From: Candidatus Poribacteria bacterium
GTDB taxonomy: Bacteria; Poribacteria; WGA-4E; WGA-3G
Direction: 5' to 3'
Assembly: GCA_963663765.2 (NCBI GenBank)
Contig: CAXXUA010000015.1
Location: forward strand, 128,001-192,000
Length of the DNA stretch: 64,000 bases
How positions within the stretch are numbered: position 1 is the stretch's first letter; each line of letters starts with the position of its first letter. Of the stretch, positions 12,301 to 21,232 are shown in pieces. The position numbers and the translations under genes are program-made. Under the pieces are notes generated by a model that was not told the DNA's origin, searched no databases, and worked only from the letters and a program-made list of their open reading frames with translations.

Positions 12301-12406
12301 CATCCTTGTCAAAGTCTGTAATGAGTCTTCACCCTGGGGTTTCTATCTACGTATTACGGATTTAGAGGGTAATCCATTTACAGATTTGAAAATAGTAGGG
12401 AATTAA
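3392..12406 (+). CDS. giant secreted tetratricopeptide-repeat protein with C-terminal PA14/galactose-binding-like beta domain
   Basis: Signal peptide ending VIVLA-QD; dozens of TPR motifs; C-terminal WATIGPFDN...SDDQGKVWLNG...GNNTILVKV...GFYLRITD. Confidence 0.88.
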   Translation: MFNQEKIKLAVGILCLTLLFVTTSVIVLAQDITSDEKIIERYKQMLNQKPKEGSTFDRLYQLYLEGDGLEAMLKDYQKQVEAKPNNANLQLILGHIYKRLGKDKETLIAYQKAVSLAQNDYYTHFALGQFYLVQRQHDEAISELTQATTLSEKSQTISPEELSEIYKSLGNAYFSRDMLDEAIKTWEKIADLDPQNIFARIELADLFREQELYQQAIAQYQTIIEIKKDDAYRKCLSLREIGKIHEATANYDKARDAYDDALTLTTPGNWLRKDLQQRIIAIYSADANWKELISYYQNKLETNPSDPELHGLLAVAYIENQQLDEGINSYKKGLELAPTDTGLRLNLIDTYRNSEKYTEAAAEYEVLSEQYPDDFGIYRELGKLYVQLENVNKAKTVYQSMIDRDPTNASTFLTLAEVYTGHEWTDDAIAAYKKAITLAPNNLDYIEYFGEYYFRQGNREKAIETWNLMVANEKVTADNYDRLARLLETKAYSDESIEASRKAVELIPDAYRFREALAKRLMNNKKFDEALKQYTEAINLAPNAFFAEQMDSQRIELFRRQGTLVKKIEEVEFILEQPNLSATDKFTNLKRLAKMSLKLGNTTYGLEVLLKAKELQPNDITVNRWTAEIYIKQGRSDKAITIYEHLTDIDNTNAREYYSHIANSYLKGYDFEKATEAAKQVIAHSPRNPEGHQLLAQIAKQSDDYDSAVESYKQAIRLRPDGIEIRMELAAVHNLNGNTHQAIAQYWRCWELSDNVSDKLNYIKPLTEAYYDLGRHEELEEKLKQMVRTNTSVIAPTLALAQIYKAEGDLSSARSQLARALDRQRDNQELLYQLVEISIDLGDLQEALNFQQKLVQAAPDPIHKQRLGQLLFDAGREQEAMQAWSQVLHTKNQSYDAEMKLADLLILHGLTEEGLFALDNAAQKVKGTDIHIQLYKIGAKLVEINEPDRAIPHFKRILEMGPPTKDQSLSSASNKVKNTVSTTSNSPLVTQISVVPANINPFTLRNKLTLAVNLSQRIRPDYGYSQSQAWTPSSYDEAQAGALVQLNAIMQEKEKLEEFVSQFEENAAKNPKDTQTLELLAQLYHLNRKSEKIQEITDRLMAASPNKPVYQRMQLEELLTEKDFDLEKYFEKLDNMSWLTPEYRHLYITDTIRRFQSQGRTEDAKKLFNSIENELIVNDKNANLMVSMYIGFGKIDDAKKIIDQLHKTSTKPMSSSMFDMVARMYLNEGDIDQAVAMSKMYFDSSIPRKINPRRTTSLGPSNYSHGGYPQIQYNFPSPTTYYDSSRLQYLQRVFNRLWIINEHQKLYDAFQSDWDSAKGIDRLYPALAISYCYWWENKREESQKILADLQKEFPEDLNLKKIALFVSIQSGGHKTALTLLKALSEDDPRNRQQYHDLTLQIAVHIGDTKTVREMITKILSSPIGVRELYQFSQKLQQAGLTQSAIAVAQKTMNLAMRERDPNFLVQLSQHLEGLGRGVDAARIATRALRFSNQRNQSGQPMQSYYLQQASRLANRSVPVGNPAAKLEEAVKKNPNSIQAHLKLASFYENRNQPQKASTAYDAVLKLRPKDYNIRYRYAQMLQRNRLSKDAVSQYIILMKDHSNFNRIYSNYWDIMRTFFDANETEKLVSLVKELIDSDKNKNSRTIEFARRAAQQCRSQKKLVEAKEIYEKILDIDTYDNTTSLASVYADLGDREKAITLLQDKLNIEDYVYQVRILIHLSQYNEALDSIKTFVVKHEVKINDEQAEPSLLYLVTVGKIIIGDIQGSDTIYNKLIENITSKNRLQWLNTIADTYQKKGDVDREILTLTAATKKIDTNNTWQLSDTFRKLGNAYSKKGDKDNAKEYIQKMGTLSLMARQGAPPSYEKDRVARTYMEYEMWDEAEVLLTEVMNDLNSQQYYRENAQRQLMTIQQRRGGPSTNQNTNAASKRMNIPLQRSMAQQHMRQNQIPEAIQIYEQIAKVLPEDLESRSRLAGLYTRQNQHDKAITTWKALVEVDPENTKYQDGIINAYQSAGRINEAIKLAQEYIQTDTDTGVHFARLARLYASNSQVDKAIDTYKKAIELTPENASVHQSLAQQYIRKKNWEEAMKSFNTALQYARQGGEKQSIERQIMDVYRQQGKLDEYLKEAEKKGTLSFDMQRDIARNYYNQGKLDEAAKSYEKALKMTTQQYMQQDIERQLLNIYRRQGKLEEKLKEAEKNDTLTFAMQTELARFYSNKGESEKAISAYKQAIKMTTSSNQMDNIYREMMQLYVRSNDNEAAIQLYETMKQKTSSGPSVGYTSNKFTISFGEDKPRDTLINAYKTQEKLNFLKTHFSSKLEKNPIDNDSLALVAEIYRKTDDHVKAGETYLTLSKAEPKNIRAYYYAAAAFKNIGKDEQANEMLDQGNSVLSSSNKNHDFWFLCAIGTICYESRLYTSAIDIFKQAITAKNTHSHGSSNKTEEEILYDLIGKSAFAIKEYEVAAEAYQELKKISRHASKRKNAEQAIKRAYQEGKLYEKQLPKQIKKVEENPNSVDARLALAQNYEMSNKLSEAIVQYEKISELQPEQVQWYKKIAELYNQSNSINVKERLEKAAAAYEKAISLESTSYELYTSLATIFKRQNKQAEAEAVYRLALTASLKPSDHDSAVQAILNMYKGNENIEKRLTVLKELETKKINSPLLHKMLGDNYLEAGEEEKALETYKKWFEILSNQPDQRHHAEHYFVLTEELLNKFIMLDFALELAKRAAETRPSSVYISTLGHAYLANDEYDKALEQFQHSLGLQNHSGHSQGETEVGYMLTRVSQMHKHASDKEKYLEMMGKLLELIPENIGNQLENNLSIAKLCLDLGMTDKAKSLVLKTGFLPETSWATIGPFDNTKGVGYNTAYIPEEKPKIDQTAKYDGLTGKIGWIPSGDVVFDGFFDFGKEENWYTAYAAITISSPDERNAHIRFDSDDQGKVWLNGKKVYAHRRTRGAVIDRRTIPVTLTAGNNTILVKVCNESSPWGFYLRITDLEGNPFTDLKIVGN

Positions 12407-12456
12407 GGTCAATTCTGTCTGAGAGATAATGGATTTTGTGTCCAATTTAAATTAAA

Positions 12457-12639
12457 CAGGACTTACGCACACAACGGTAGGTGGGGAATGCCTAAATGGC
12501 ATTCATACCGTTGATTTCTTGATTTCTTGATTTCTTGATTTGGTGCTTTGTAAGCGCGCCGGAAACCAATAAAAACGCTGATAATGACATCATTTTCGTC
12601 ATAGCTTATGATTAAATCAAGAAAACTGCGTAAGTCCTG
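12457..12639. mobile_element. MITE family A, 5-bp TSD TTAAA, carrying nested 36-bp hairpin element plus 8-bp microsatellite
   Basis: TIRs intact; TTAAA at 12452-12456 and 12640-12644; insert 12483-12542. Confidence 0.9.
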
Positions 12640-12703
12640 TTAAAAACATGGCTTCTTTTACCGTATTTGAAATTGGGCATAAAAATGAGATAAAACAGAA
12701 GTC

Positions 12704-14254
12704 CTACCAGGAATCTGTGCGGAATGGCGATGCGGGGAGACCCTCTTTATTCATGAGGTTTGGTTCAGCAATCTGATTCCAACCGAACCGCACAGCCACA
12801 GGTGTTTCAACTTCATCACTGGATACAACCACCGTGTCACCATCAACGACAGCAACAGCGTCAACAAACTGCTTATCTTCGCCTGCAATTTGAAACCACG
12901 AAAGAGGTTCATCATCTCGAGCTACCAATCCACTCCCTACATGGTCAAACCTGATACGAATCTTATCACCTTCAATGTCTCCTCCCTTGAATAGCGGTCC
13001 GGAGTAGACAATATCATCCTTACCATACGTTTCTGCGAGTGCCCATAAAGCCAGTCTTAGACCAACATCCTGTTTGTTGCGAGGGTGTATATCTCGTACG
13101 TTTCCTATGTCAGTTGTAACCACCATACCGGTATTTGGTAGTTCCAATGAGGCTGTTTGTGCTTCCCAGATTCTTGGTAAGTGGGTCGGATCATTTCTGT
13201 CATAACCACCCCAGGGACAAAGTTGGACAAAATAAAATGGGAAATCCCCCTGATTCCAAATTTCACGCCAACCCTTAATAAGTGCTTTCATCTTTTCGAA
13301 ATAAGCCATACCTTCTTTCATATTTGATTCACCTTGATACCAAAGTGCACCCCGAATGGCATAAGGAACAAGCGGATAAATCATGTTGTTATATATCGCA
13401 GTGGGTCTACCTTGAGGATTCAAAGGATGGTGAAACATTGGCATCTCATAGATGATACCATCGTTTTCTAAGGCTTCCCGTGTCTCTGCTAACCATTCTT
13501 CCATCACTTTCATCCTTTCAGGAAGTCTATTACGGTAGTTTCTATTTATGTCTTTGATTTCATCAGCAATATTTGTAAGTGCTGGCACTGCATCGAACCC
13601 TTCAGGAGCTGTCCACGCTTCAATCCGTGTGCCACCCCAAGAGGTGTTAATTAATCCTATTGGTACACCTATTTCCTTGTGAACATGTCTGCCGAAGAAG
13701 TATGCCACAGCAGAAAAATGTCTTACAGAATCTGGAGAGGTGGGACGCCATTCAGCATTCACATCTGGTGATGGCAAGCCGGAGGATTCTTTTGGAATAT
13801 GAAACAAACGTATATCTGGATAATCAGCGGCTGCGATTTCTTCCTGACTGTTATTTGAGGTGTGGACACCCCACGCCATATTGGACTGTCCGGAACATAC
13901 CCACACATCACCAAAGAGGATATTCGTATATTCTATGGTATTCGTAACATTTTTCGTGTCACTTCCAACAATAGTAAGTCTATAAGGTCCGCCTACTTCC
14001 GTGGCTGGTACGGTGAATTTCCAATTTCCTTTCTCGTCAACTACCGTAGTATCCTTGTAAATAACTTCCCCATCATCTCGGACTAAGGCAATATTTACTT
14101 CTTCTTCTGCAGCTGACCAACCCCATATTGGTACGGGCATATCACGTTGTAAAACCATGTTGTTACCAAATATGCTTGGTAGTTTAACATCTGCCATTGC
14201 AATGCCTTGTGACAGAATTAATGCACTAATAAGAACCATTACTGCTAATTTCAT
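12704..14254 (-). CDS. sialate O-acetylesterase (SASA family), secreted
   Basis: LPSIFGNNMVLQR, GDVWVCSGQSNM, WYQGESN, DIHPRNKQDVG, LPASPFRTD; signal peptide. Confidence 0.93.
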   Translation of the reverse strand: MKLAVMVLISALILSQGIAMADVKLPSIFGNNMVLQRDMPVPIWGWSAAEEEVNIALVRDDGEVIYKDTTVVDEKGNWKFTVPATEVGGPYRLTIVGSDTKNVTNTIEYTNILFGDVWVCSGQSNMAWGVHTSNNSQEEIAAADYPDIRLFHIPKESSGLPSPDVNAEWRPTSPDSVRHFSAVAYFFGRHVHKEIGVPIGLINTSWGGTRIEAWTAPEGFDAVPALTNIADEIKDINRNYRNRLPERMKVMEEWLAETREALENDGIIYEMPMFHHPLNPQGRPTAIYNNMIYPLVPYAIRGALWYQGESNMKEGMAYFEKMKALIKGWREIWNQGDFPFYFVQLCPWGGYDRNDPTHLPRIWEAQTASLELPNTGMVVTTDIGNVRDIHPRNKQDVGLRLALWALAETYGKDDIVYSGPLFKGGDIEGDKIRIRFDHVGSGLVARDDEPLSWFQIAGEDKQFVDAVAVVDGDTVVVSSDEVETPVAVRFGWNQIAEPNLMNKEGLPASPFRTDSW

Positions 14255-14337
14255 AATATCTCCTATATTTATTGAGTTGTTGTGATACCGGTAATAGGAT
14301 ACTGGTAATCATATTGATTGTAAGTACAGACTTGATT

Positions 14338-16674
14338 CTAACTTTTGCTATTTTTGCTTTGAAGACGTTGTGCAAGGTAACTATTCCGTTGCATTACACT
14401 ATTGTTTCGTATACAGATACCGAGTGCTTGTTTCGTGCCGACTATAACGACAAGTTCTTTGGCACGAGTGATACCAGTGTAAAGCAAATTTCTTTGTAAC
14501 ATAATGTAATGTTGTGTGTGTAACGGTATGACAACTGCTGGATATTCACTACCTTGAGCTTTGTGTATAGTCGTTGCATACGCTAACACCAGTTCATTCA
14601 GGTCCGCCATATCATAGGTTACCAATTTGTCAGGAAATTGTAACATGACCTGTTTTTCAACTTCATCTAATCCTATAATCCTTCCAATATCTCCGTTATA
14701 CACATCGTAATCGTAGTTATTACGAACCTGCATCACCTTGTCACCAATACGAAAAGCCTGCCAACCTCTGACAGTTTGTTCGGTATTCGGATTTAATATA
14801 TCCTGTAGACATTTGTTTAGGTTTTCAGAACCGAGTGTGCCTTTACGCATCGGACATAGGAGTTGGATGTCTTCAATTGGATGAAAGTTGTAGTGTTTTG
14901 GTAGTCTATCTGAAATAAGAGATGTAATTTGATCTACACCAGATTCTGGATCGTCCTCTTCAATAAAGAAGAAGTTCCTGTCGTTTGCACCAGACAACTT
15001 AGGAAAATCACCTGAGTTAATCAGGTGAGCGTTTGTCACAATCATACTTTGCTGTGCTTGTCTGAAGATTTCTGTGAGTTTTACAACAGGTATCATTCTT
15101 GATTCAATCAATCCATTCAGGACATTTCCTGCACCAACAGACGGAAGTTGGTCTGTATCTCCTATGAGGACAACAGTGGCTGTTGTTGGGATTGCTTGCA
15201 TAAGTCTGTTCATTAACACAAGGTCAACCATTGACATTTCATCTACTATCACTACATCTGCTACCAATGGGTTGTCTCGATTGCGTTTAAATCCATTATT
15301 TTGAAAAGAGAACTCAAGAAGACGATGTATTGTTTTGGCTTCTTTGCCAGTAGTTTCACTAAGCCGTTTTGCTGCACGTCCAGTTGGAGCTGCCAGAAGA
15401 ATGCTCATGTTTAGTCCTTCAAACAAGCGAATCATTCCCAGTGTTGTGGTTGTTTTGCCTGTTCCGGGACCACCTGTTAGGATCATAGCGCGTTCTTTTA
15501 TTGCAGTATAAATTGCTTCGCGCTGCTGCGATGCAAATTGGAGGTTCATCTCATTCTCCAATTGCCCTAACGCAGTTTTGATGTCAATTTTGATGGTTTC
15601 TTGTTTGGTATTTGACAACAAACGCTTGAATTGATTTGCAACGCCAATTTCTGCATAGAAGAATGGTGAAAGATAGATAGCACTTTTTTCAACTGTTGTA
15701 GAAACTTGTTCAGATAACTGATATATAGGTGGGGTATTTTCTTCATCAATTAAATCTATATACTCTGTCTGCTGCTCAATAAGTCTTTTTTCTGATCCGT
15801 TACTAAGCCATTCATTCACGATGTTTTGTTCGGCGATGAATTCAACTGTTCCATCCTCAGATGAAAGAACTAAATCCTCTTTTTGTGTGAGTGCAAGAAT
15901 TCCTAATTCAATTATCTGAGTTTCTTGTTCCAACATACTTTCACAAGCTTCAATCAGTTTATCCGCATGTTGGAAAACATGTCCTTCATCTGCTTTTTGA
16001 CTGAGTACATATTTGATTCCAGCTTGGACACGATGCGGATCGTCTTTATGTATACCCAATTTTTGTGCGATTGTATCTGCTGTGACGAATCCAATTCCGT
16101 ATATCTCATCTGCAAGGCGATACGGGTTTTCTTTAACGATAGGGATTGATTCATTTTGATAAGTCTTGTATATTTTAGTTGCATGAGATGTGCTAACATT
16201 ATGGGACTGAAGGAACAGCATGACATTCTTGATTTCACGTTGTTCTTCCCATGCTTGTTGAATCATTTTCACGCGTTTGTGTCCGATACCTGGGACATTT
16301 GCCAATTTATCGGGTTGCTGTTCAATCACATCTATTGTGTCCATGCCGAATCGACTGACAATTCGTGCAGCCATTTTTGGACCTATCCCTTTTATTAATC
16401 CGGATCCGAGGTATTTCCTTATTCCATTGACATTTGCCGGTTGAATAGTTTCGTATTTCTCAATTTGAAACTGTCTTCCGTATTTTGGATTGTTCACCCA
16501 TTCACCACTTAGCAAAAGACTTTCACCAGGATTGACTGAAGCAAGGTTTCCGACAATCGTAATTAATTCTACATGATCACGATTGGAAAACCTACCGATA
16601 GTAAATCCCGATTCAGGATTTTCAAAAACGATACGTTCAAGAATGCCGTTAAGTGTTTCCATGATGAAATCCAC
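14338..16674 (-). CDS. recD2: ATP-dependent RecD2-like DNA helicase
   Basis: IKGIGPKMA HhH, ENPYRL, GGPGTGKTT, VDEMSMVD, GDTDQLPSVGAG, TIHKAQGSEY, YTGITRAK. Confidence 0.95.
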   Translation of the reverse strand: MDFIMETLNGILERIVFENPESGFTIGRFSNRDHVELITIVGNLASVNPGESLLLSGEWVNNPKYGRQFQIEKYETIQPANVNGIRKYLGSGLIKGIGPKMAARIVSRFGMDTIDVIEQQPDKLANVPGIGHKRVKMIQQAWEEQREIKNVMLFLQSHNVSTSHATKIYKTYQNESIPIVKENPYRLADEIYGIGFVTADTIAQKLGIHKDDPHRVQAGIKYVLSQKADEGHVFQHADKLIEACESMLEQETQIIELGILALTQKEDLVLSSEDGTVEFIAEQNIVNEWLSNGSEKRLIEQQTEYIDLIDEENTPPIYQLSEQVSTTVEKSAIYLSPFFYAEIGVANQFKRLLSNTKQETIKIDIKTALGQLENEMNLQFASQQREAIYTAIKERAMILTGGPGTGKTTTTLGMIRLFEGLNMSILLAAPTGRAAKRLSETTGKEAKTIHRLLEFSFQNNGFKRNRDNPLVADVVIVDEMSMVDLVLMNRLMQAIPTTATVVLIGDTDQLPSVGAGNVLNGLIESRMIPVVKLTEIFRQAQQSMIVTNAHLINSGDFPKLSGANDRNFFFIEEDDPESGVDQITSLISDRLPKHYNFHPIEDIQLLCPMRKGTLGSENLNKCLQDILNPNTEQTVRGWQAFRIGDKVMQVRNNYDYDVYNGDIGRIIGLDEVEKQVMLQFPDKLVTYDMADLNELVLAYATTIHKAQGSEYPAVVIPLHTQHYIMLQRNLLYTGITRAKELVVIVGTKQALGICIRNNSVMQRNSYLAQRLQSKNSKS

Positions 16675-17240
16675 TACTCAAACAGTAATTCAACACTGCA
16701 AGAAAACCCGGGTACTACATCGTCTCCAGTCAATGTATCTTCTTGTGTGAGTATTTTTATGTCCGTTTTAGATTTATATACAGTCACTGTGTAGGAAACG
16801 GGATCAATTACCCAAACAAGAGGCGTTCCAGCCTCTAAATAAGCAAGTGCTTTTGCAGTGACTTGTGACTGTATATCTGTTGGGGAAACAACTTCTATCG
16901 CAAGGTCTGGAGGAATTGGGAAACCCTTGTCTTCATCATCAGTCATGCGTTTTCTTGTAACAAAAGCAACATCAGGCTTCAGAACACGATCACCAACTTT
17001 AAATGATGTTTCTGCCGTATATAAGTGTCCCAGATTATTACTATGAACATGCGGATCTAAATAACGTATGATTCTAATACTAATTGCACCATGTCTTATA
17101 GATGCTGCAGCCATAGGAATTAATTCTCCTTTAATATATTCATATCCTTCAACATCGTTTTCAAGAAATTCCTCTAATGTCATTGAGGTATGCTGTGGAG
17201 ATAAATCTTGTTGCAGTTCTTGCATTTCTATTTGCATCAT
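16674..17240 (-). CDS. Uma2 (DUF820) family PD-(D/E)XK endonuclease
   Basis: YEYIKGEL, KPDVAFV, PPDLAIEVVSP, YLEAG..VWVIDP. Confidence 0.92.
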   Translation of the reverse strand: MMQIEMQELQQDLSPQHTSMTLEEFLENDVEGYEYIKGELIPMAAASIRHGAISIRIIRYLDPHVHSNNLGHLYTAETSFKVGDRVLKPDVAFVTRKRMTDDEDKGFPIPPDLAIEVVSPTDIQSQVTAKALAYLEAGTPLVWVIDPVSYTVTVYKSKTDIKILTQEDTLTGDDVVPGFSCSVELLFE

Positions 17241-17280
17241 TTTCTACCTCTGTAATAGGAAAATTACATTAAACCCATTA

Positions 17281-18510
17281 TCATAAATTTGCCATCAATT
17301 TTCGGAATGCATTCAGTTGTGGTGCAATTATATGCGGTTCTTCCATTTTGTTCTCAAGTGCTTCAATCGTTTTGAATCCATTTCCTGTGATAGCAACAAC
17401 AATTCGCTCATCACGTTTGATATGTCCATAATCAATCAGTTTTTTTGTGACAGCGAGTGTGACGCCACCTGCAGTCTCTGTAAAGATACCTTCGGTTGCA
17501 GCAAGGAGTTTTATTGCTTCAACGATTTCCTCATCAGTAGCGTGTTCGCCTACACCACCAGAGTTTCTGACAGTATCTACAGCATAAATACCATCAGCGG
17601 GATTACCAATAGCAAGTGATTTAGCAATTGTGTCAGGTTTCACTGGATTAACGAAATCACTGTTTTCTTTGAAAGTATTGACAATTGGACCACAACCTTC
17701 TGCTTGTGCAACGTGTATTTTTGTATTAGGTTTGTCGATGAGTCCTAACAGATGAAATTCCTTTAGTGCTTTGCCGATCTTCGTGATGAGAGAACCCCCT
17801 GCTGCAGGGGCAATTATGTGATCTGGAGTTTCCCAACCGAGTTGTTCAATTAGTTCAAAACAGAGCGTCTTTGAACCTTCTGCATAATAAGGACGGATAT
17901 TAATATTTACAAAAGCCCATGGATAAAATCCTGCGATCTCACTGCACAGACGGTTTACCTCATCATAGGTACCCATTATACCGACTACAGTCGGTGCAAA
18001 TACCTGCGATGCTCTTACCTTACCTAACTCTAAGTCGGCAGGTATAAATATATAGCAATTCAGATTTGCAACAGCAGCGTGAGCAGCAACAGCATTTGCT
18101 AAATTACCCGTTGAGGCACAGGATACAGTATCAAAATCAAATTCCTTTGATTTACTCAAGGCAATGGATACTACACGGTCTTTGAAAGACAAAGTTGGAT
18201 GACAAACAGAATCGTCTTTTACGTATAGTTGTTTAACACCGAGTGCATCACCAAGGTTCTTTGCTCGGATTAGGGGTGTAAAACCTGAATTGAGTCCATC
18301 TGTTGGTTCTCCATCAATAGGTAGCAGATCAATATATCTCCATAAACTTTCAGGACCTTTTTCAATAGTTTCTCTTGAGATCGACTTTTGAATTACTTCA
18401 TAGTCATAGTTAACCTCTAACGGTCCAAAGCAGAATTCGCATACATGCAGCGGTTCTTTTGGATATTCTCGATCACACTCTCTACATTTTAAACCTACAA
18501 CTTTTTCCAT
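17281..18510 (-). CDS. thrC: threonine synthase (PLP-dependent, fold II)
   Basis: N-terminal CxxC/CxxC, PTLSFKDR (PLP lysine), CASTGN, TGNGFK; GGAGGAG RBS before ATG 18510. Confidence 0.88.
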   Translation of the reverse strand: MEKVVGLKCRECDREYPKEPLHVCEFCFGPLEVNYDYEVIQKSISRETIEKGPESLWRYIDLLPIDGEPTDGLNSGFTPLIRAKNLGDALGVKQLYVKDDSVCHPTLSFKDRVVSIALSKSKEFDFDTVSCASTGNLANAVAAHAAVANLNCYIFIPADLELGKVRASQVFAPTVVGIMGTYDEVNRLCSEIAGFYPWAFVNINIRPYYAEGSKTLCFELIEQLGWETPDHIIAPAAGGSLITKIGKALKEFHLLGLIDKPNTKIHVAQAEGCGPIVNTFKENSDFVNPVKPDTIAKSLAIGNPADGIYAVDTVRNSGGVGEHATDEEIVEAIKLLAATEGIFTETAGGVTLAVTKKLIDYGHIKRDERIVVAITGNGFKTIEALENKMEEPHIIAPQLNAFRKLMANL

Positions 18511-18644
18511 ATTCTCCTCCAAGAATAAAACACATCTTTATTTATGTCCTGTGTTAGTTAATAATCTGTCTGTTTGTTATTGATTTTACTTGTTTGCGTG
18601 GTTTGGAATCCTGTAACTAACACAAACGGTCATTTATGTTTCCT

Positions 18645-19803
18645 TATGGAGAATTCTAAAATAAAAATTCATTATTTAGTTACAACGTTGGCTACTATTT
18701 TAATTATTTCGTTCTTTGGATTCGGTAGGAGCGCCCTCCCGGTCTCGACTGTGAAGTCGCTCCTAACAGTGTAATACCATTTTCATGTGATAATGTCTCA
18801 TTAGCAGCGAAAATCTGGTAGGAGCGACCTCCCGGTCTCGACTGTGAAGTCGTTCCTAACAGTGTAATACCATTTTCATGTGATAATGTCTCATTAGCAG
18901 CGAAAATGTGGTAGGAGCGACCTCCCGGTCGCGACTGTGAGGTCGCTCCTACCGAAGAGAGTAACCCCCTGCCAGTAAACATTAGAATTCCTTAATGAGA
19001 CAAGATTTATTTGAATTGGTATAATACCATTTTCATGTGATAATGTCTCATTAGCAGCGAAAATCTGGTAGGAGCGACCTCCCGGTCGCGACTGTGAAGT
19101 CGCTCCTACCGAAGAGAGTAACCCCCTTCCAGTAAACAGTAGAATTCCTTAATGAGACAAGATTTATTTGAATTGGTATAATACCATTTTCATGTGATAA
19201 TGTCTCATTAGCAGCGAAAATCTGTTAGGAGCGACCTCCCGGTCGCGACCGTGAAGTCGCTCCTAACAGTGTAATACCATTTTCATGTGATAATGTCTCA
19301 TTAGCAGCGAAAATCTGTTAGGAGCGACCTCCCGGTCGCGACTGTGAGGTTGCTCCTAACAGTGTAATACCATTTTCATGTGATAATGTCTCATTAGCAC
19401 CAAAAATCTGGTAGGAGCGACCTCCCGGTCGCGACCGTGAGGTCGCTCCTACCGAAGAGAGTAACCCCCTGCCAGTAAACAGTAGAATTCCTTAAATGAG
19501 ACAAGATTTATTTGAATTGGTATAATACCATTTTCATGTGATAATGTCTCATTAGCAGCGAAAATCTGTTAGGAGCGACCTCCCGGTCGCGACTGTGAGG
19601 TTGCTCCTAACAGTGTAATACCATTTTCATGTGATAATGTCTCATTAGCACCAAAAATGTGGTAGGAGCGACCTCCCGGTCGCGACCGTGAGGTCGCTCC
19701 TACGGAAGAGAGTAACCCCCTGCCAGTAAACAGTAGAATTCCTTAATGAGACAAGATTTATTTGAATTGGTATAATATATAATTAATTCTATAATCTACC
19801 ATA
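18645..19803. repeat. composite array: nine REP-like hairpins in 93/157-bp units of MITE family C, bracketed by family B-like ends
   Basis: GTAGGAGCGACCTCCCGGTCGCGAC..GTCGCTCCTAC at 18725, 18818, 18911, 19068, 19225, 19318, 19411, 19569, 19662; ends TACCATTTTCATGTGATAATGTCTCATTA / TAATGAGACAAGATTTATTTGAATTGGTATA; outer TATGG (18645)...CCATA (19803). Confidence 0.9.
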
Positions 19804-19822
19804 AGTATATAAGAGCCAAAAT

Positions 19823-21232
19823 TTATATAGTTAATACAACTTCAAATTCGTTATTTCCTGCTTCTAAAGTAAGTCTTAAAAAGAGCAAATGTTTATCTAC
19901 CCATGTGACCTCTTTTGCATTATGTTGATCTAATTGCAAACCGATATGATTTCCCCAAACTGTTATACCGTAAGGCATTGCTTTAGCTGATTCAATTGAA
20001 AATGTTATATGTAATCGTGATCGTTTACGTTGAGGGTTGAAATTTTCAACTTTAGGTAAATAGTATTCTACACCGTGAAGTGAAGCAGCCTGTTCCGAAG
20101 AACTGAATCCTACATTTTCCAAAACTGGTGGAGAAACATAGTTCTTCATTTCAATGGGTTCCATTGATCCTTCAACATAGGTGAATTGGCATTCTGCGTC
20201 GTAATAGAAAAACTCCTTTTTTGTATCTTGTGTCTGTGTAGAATATTCTTCGTTTGAAATATGCTGGTTAAAATCATTAGTTTCAAAATTGTTCAGAGTA
20301 TCCAGTGTATTTACTATAACAAAAGTTGGTTCAGTTTGTTGACATGTTGACCAATAATCATCAACCATATCTGATAGTGTATGCATTTTTGTGTTTTCAT
20401 TACTTGCCACCTGTTCAAAGTATTCCTCAAGTAGAGTTAAGGTCTCTTGTCCTAACTGTGTCACATCAAGAGCATTAATCTGATTGACGTAACTAAGCCA
20501 TCGATTCCACTTTGCATTTTCTACATAACTCACGAAATTGTGTTTTATAGCACCATTAATTAGAGATGCACGTAAGTTTTCTCCTTGACTATGAAGGTGT
20601 GATTCAGTTTGATAAGGTATACCTGCCATACTTCCGGCTGCCGACGTACTGAAATTATGTTGTTCTTTGGATGGATAGAAAAAGCCGAATGGACATCCCC
20701 TATCCCCCTCAGCTATGGAATCGCGTTCGTCCCAACGATAACCCCACAAACCTTTGAAACCTTCCTTTTCAAGTGCATCTACTAACACATTAATTTTGAA
20801 TTCTGCCCCTACGACACTCTGTTCAACCCAATCCAATGCTCTTTTAATTTTATTCCATTCAGTCCTTATATGTTGTGGTAATACTTGCCTCATTTTTACA
20901 AGATGTTCTGCCATGACTTCAAATGGGATTGATGACTGTAACATATTTATGTATTTGTTGTCATTGTATTGTTCCTGTGTAGTTTTTCCAGTGAGTGATG
21001 ATAGATGTGTATCCCATATTGATTTGATATCTAACATCATCACAATATCATCACCAAATTCTGTATGCCATTTATTCAGATCGTTAGACAACGATTGTGC
21101 TGAATCAGCGGTAATTGCCCATGTTATGGGAATACAGTATTTGTGTGCGAGTTTTGCTAATAGTCGCATCCCTTCCCGTAGTAACTGCTGATCCTCTGCA
21201 ATTGCTGTGCTAACAAGTCCATAATTTAACAT
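19823..21232 (-). CDS. hypothetical protein, DUF3863/polysaccharide-deacetylase-like
   Basis: 469-aa ORF; IPITWA, GLWGY.W...DRGCPFGFFYPSK, FFYYDAECQF motifs. Confidence 0.55.
   Translation of the reverse strand: MLNYGLVSTAIAEDQQLLREGMRLLAKLAHKYCIPITWAITADSAQSLSNDLNKWHTEFGDDIVMMLDIKSIWDTHLSSLTGKTTQEQYNDNKYINMLQSSIPFEVMAEHLVKMRQVLPQHIRTEWNKIKRALDWVEQSVVGAEFKINVLVDALEKEGFKGLWGYRWDERDSIAEGDRGCPFGFFYPSKEQHNFSTSAAGSMAGIPYQTESHLHSQGENLRASLINGAIKHNFVSYVENAKWNRWLSYVNQINALDVTQLGQETLTLLEEYFEQVASNENTKMHTLSDMVDDYWSTCQQTEPTFVIVNTLDTLNNFETNDFNQHISNEEYSTQTQDTKKEFFYYDAECQFTYVEGSMEPIEMKNYVSPPVLENVGFSSSEQAASLHGVEYYLPKVENFNPQRKRSRLHITFSIESAKAMPYGITVWGNHIGLQLDQHNAKEVTWVDKHLLFLRLTLEAGNNEFEVVLTI

Noticed and set aside
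18574-18982. Short ORFs upstream of thrC
   Set aside because: Translations of or next to the repeat units, with no coding signal.
18725-19774. CRISPR array
   Set aside because: Sequences between the palindromes are near-identical MITE ends, not unique spacers; no cas genes in the window.
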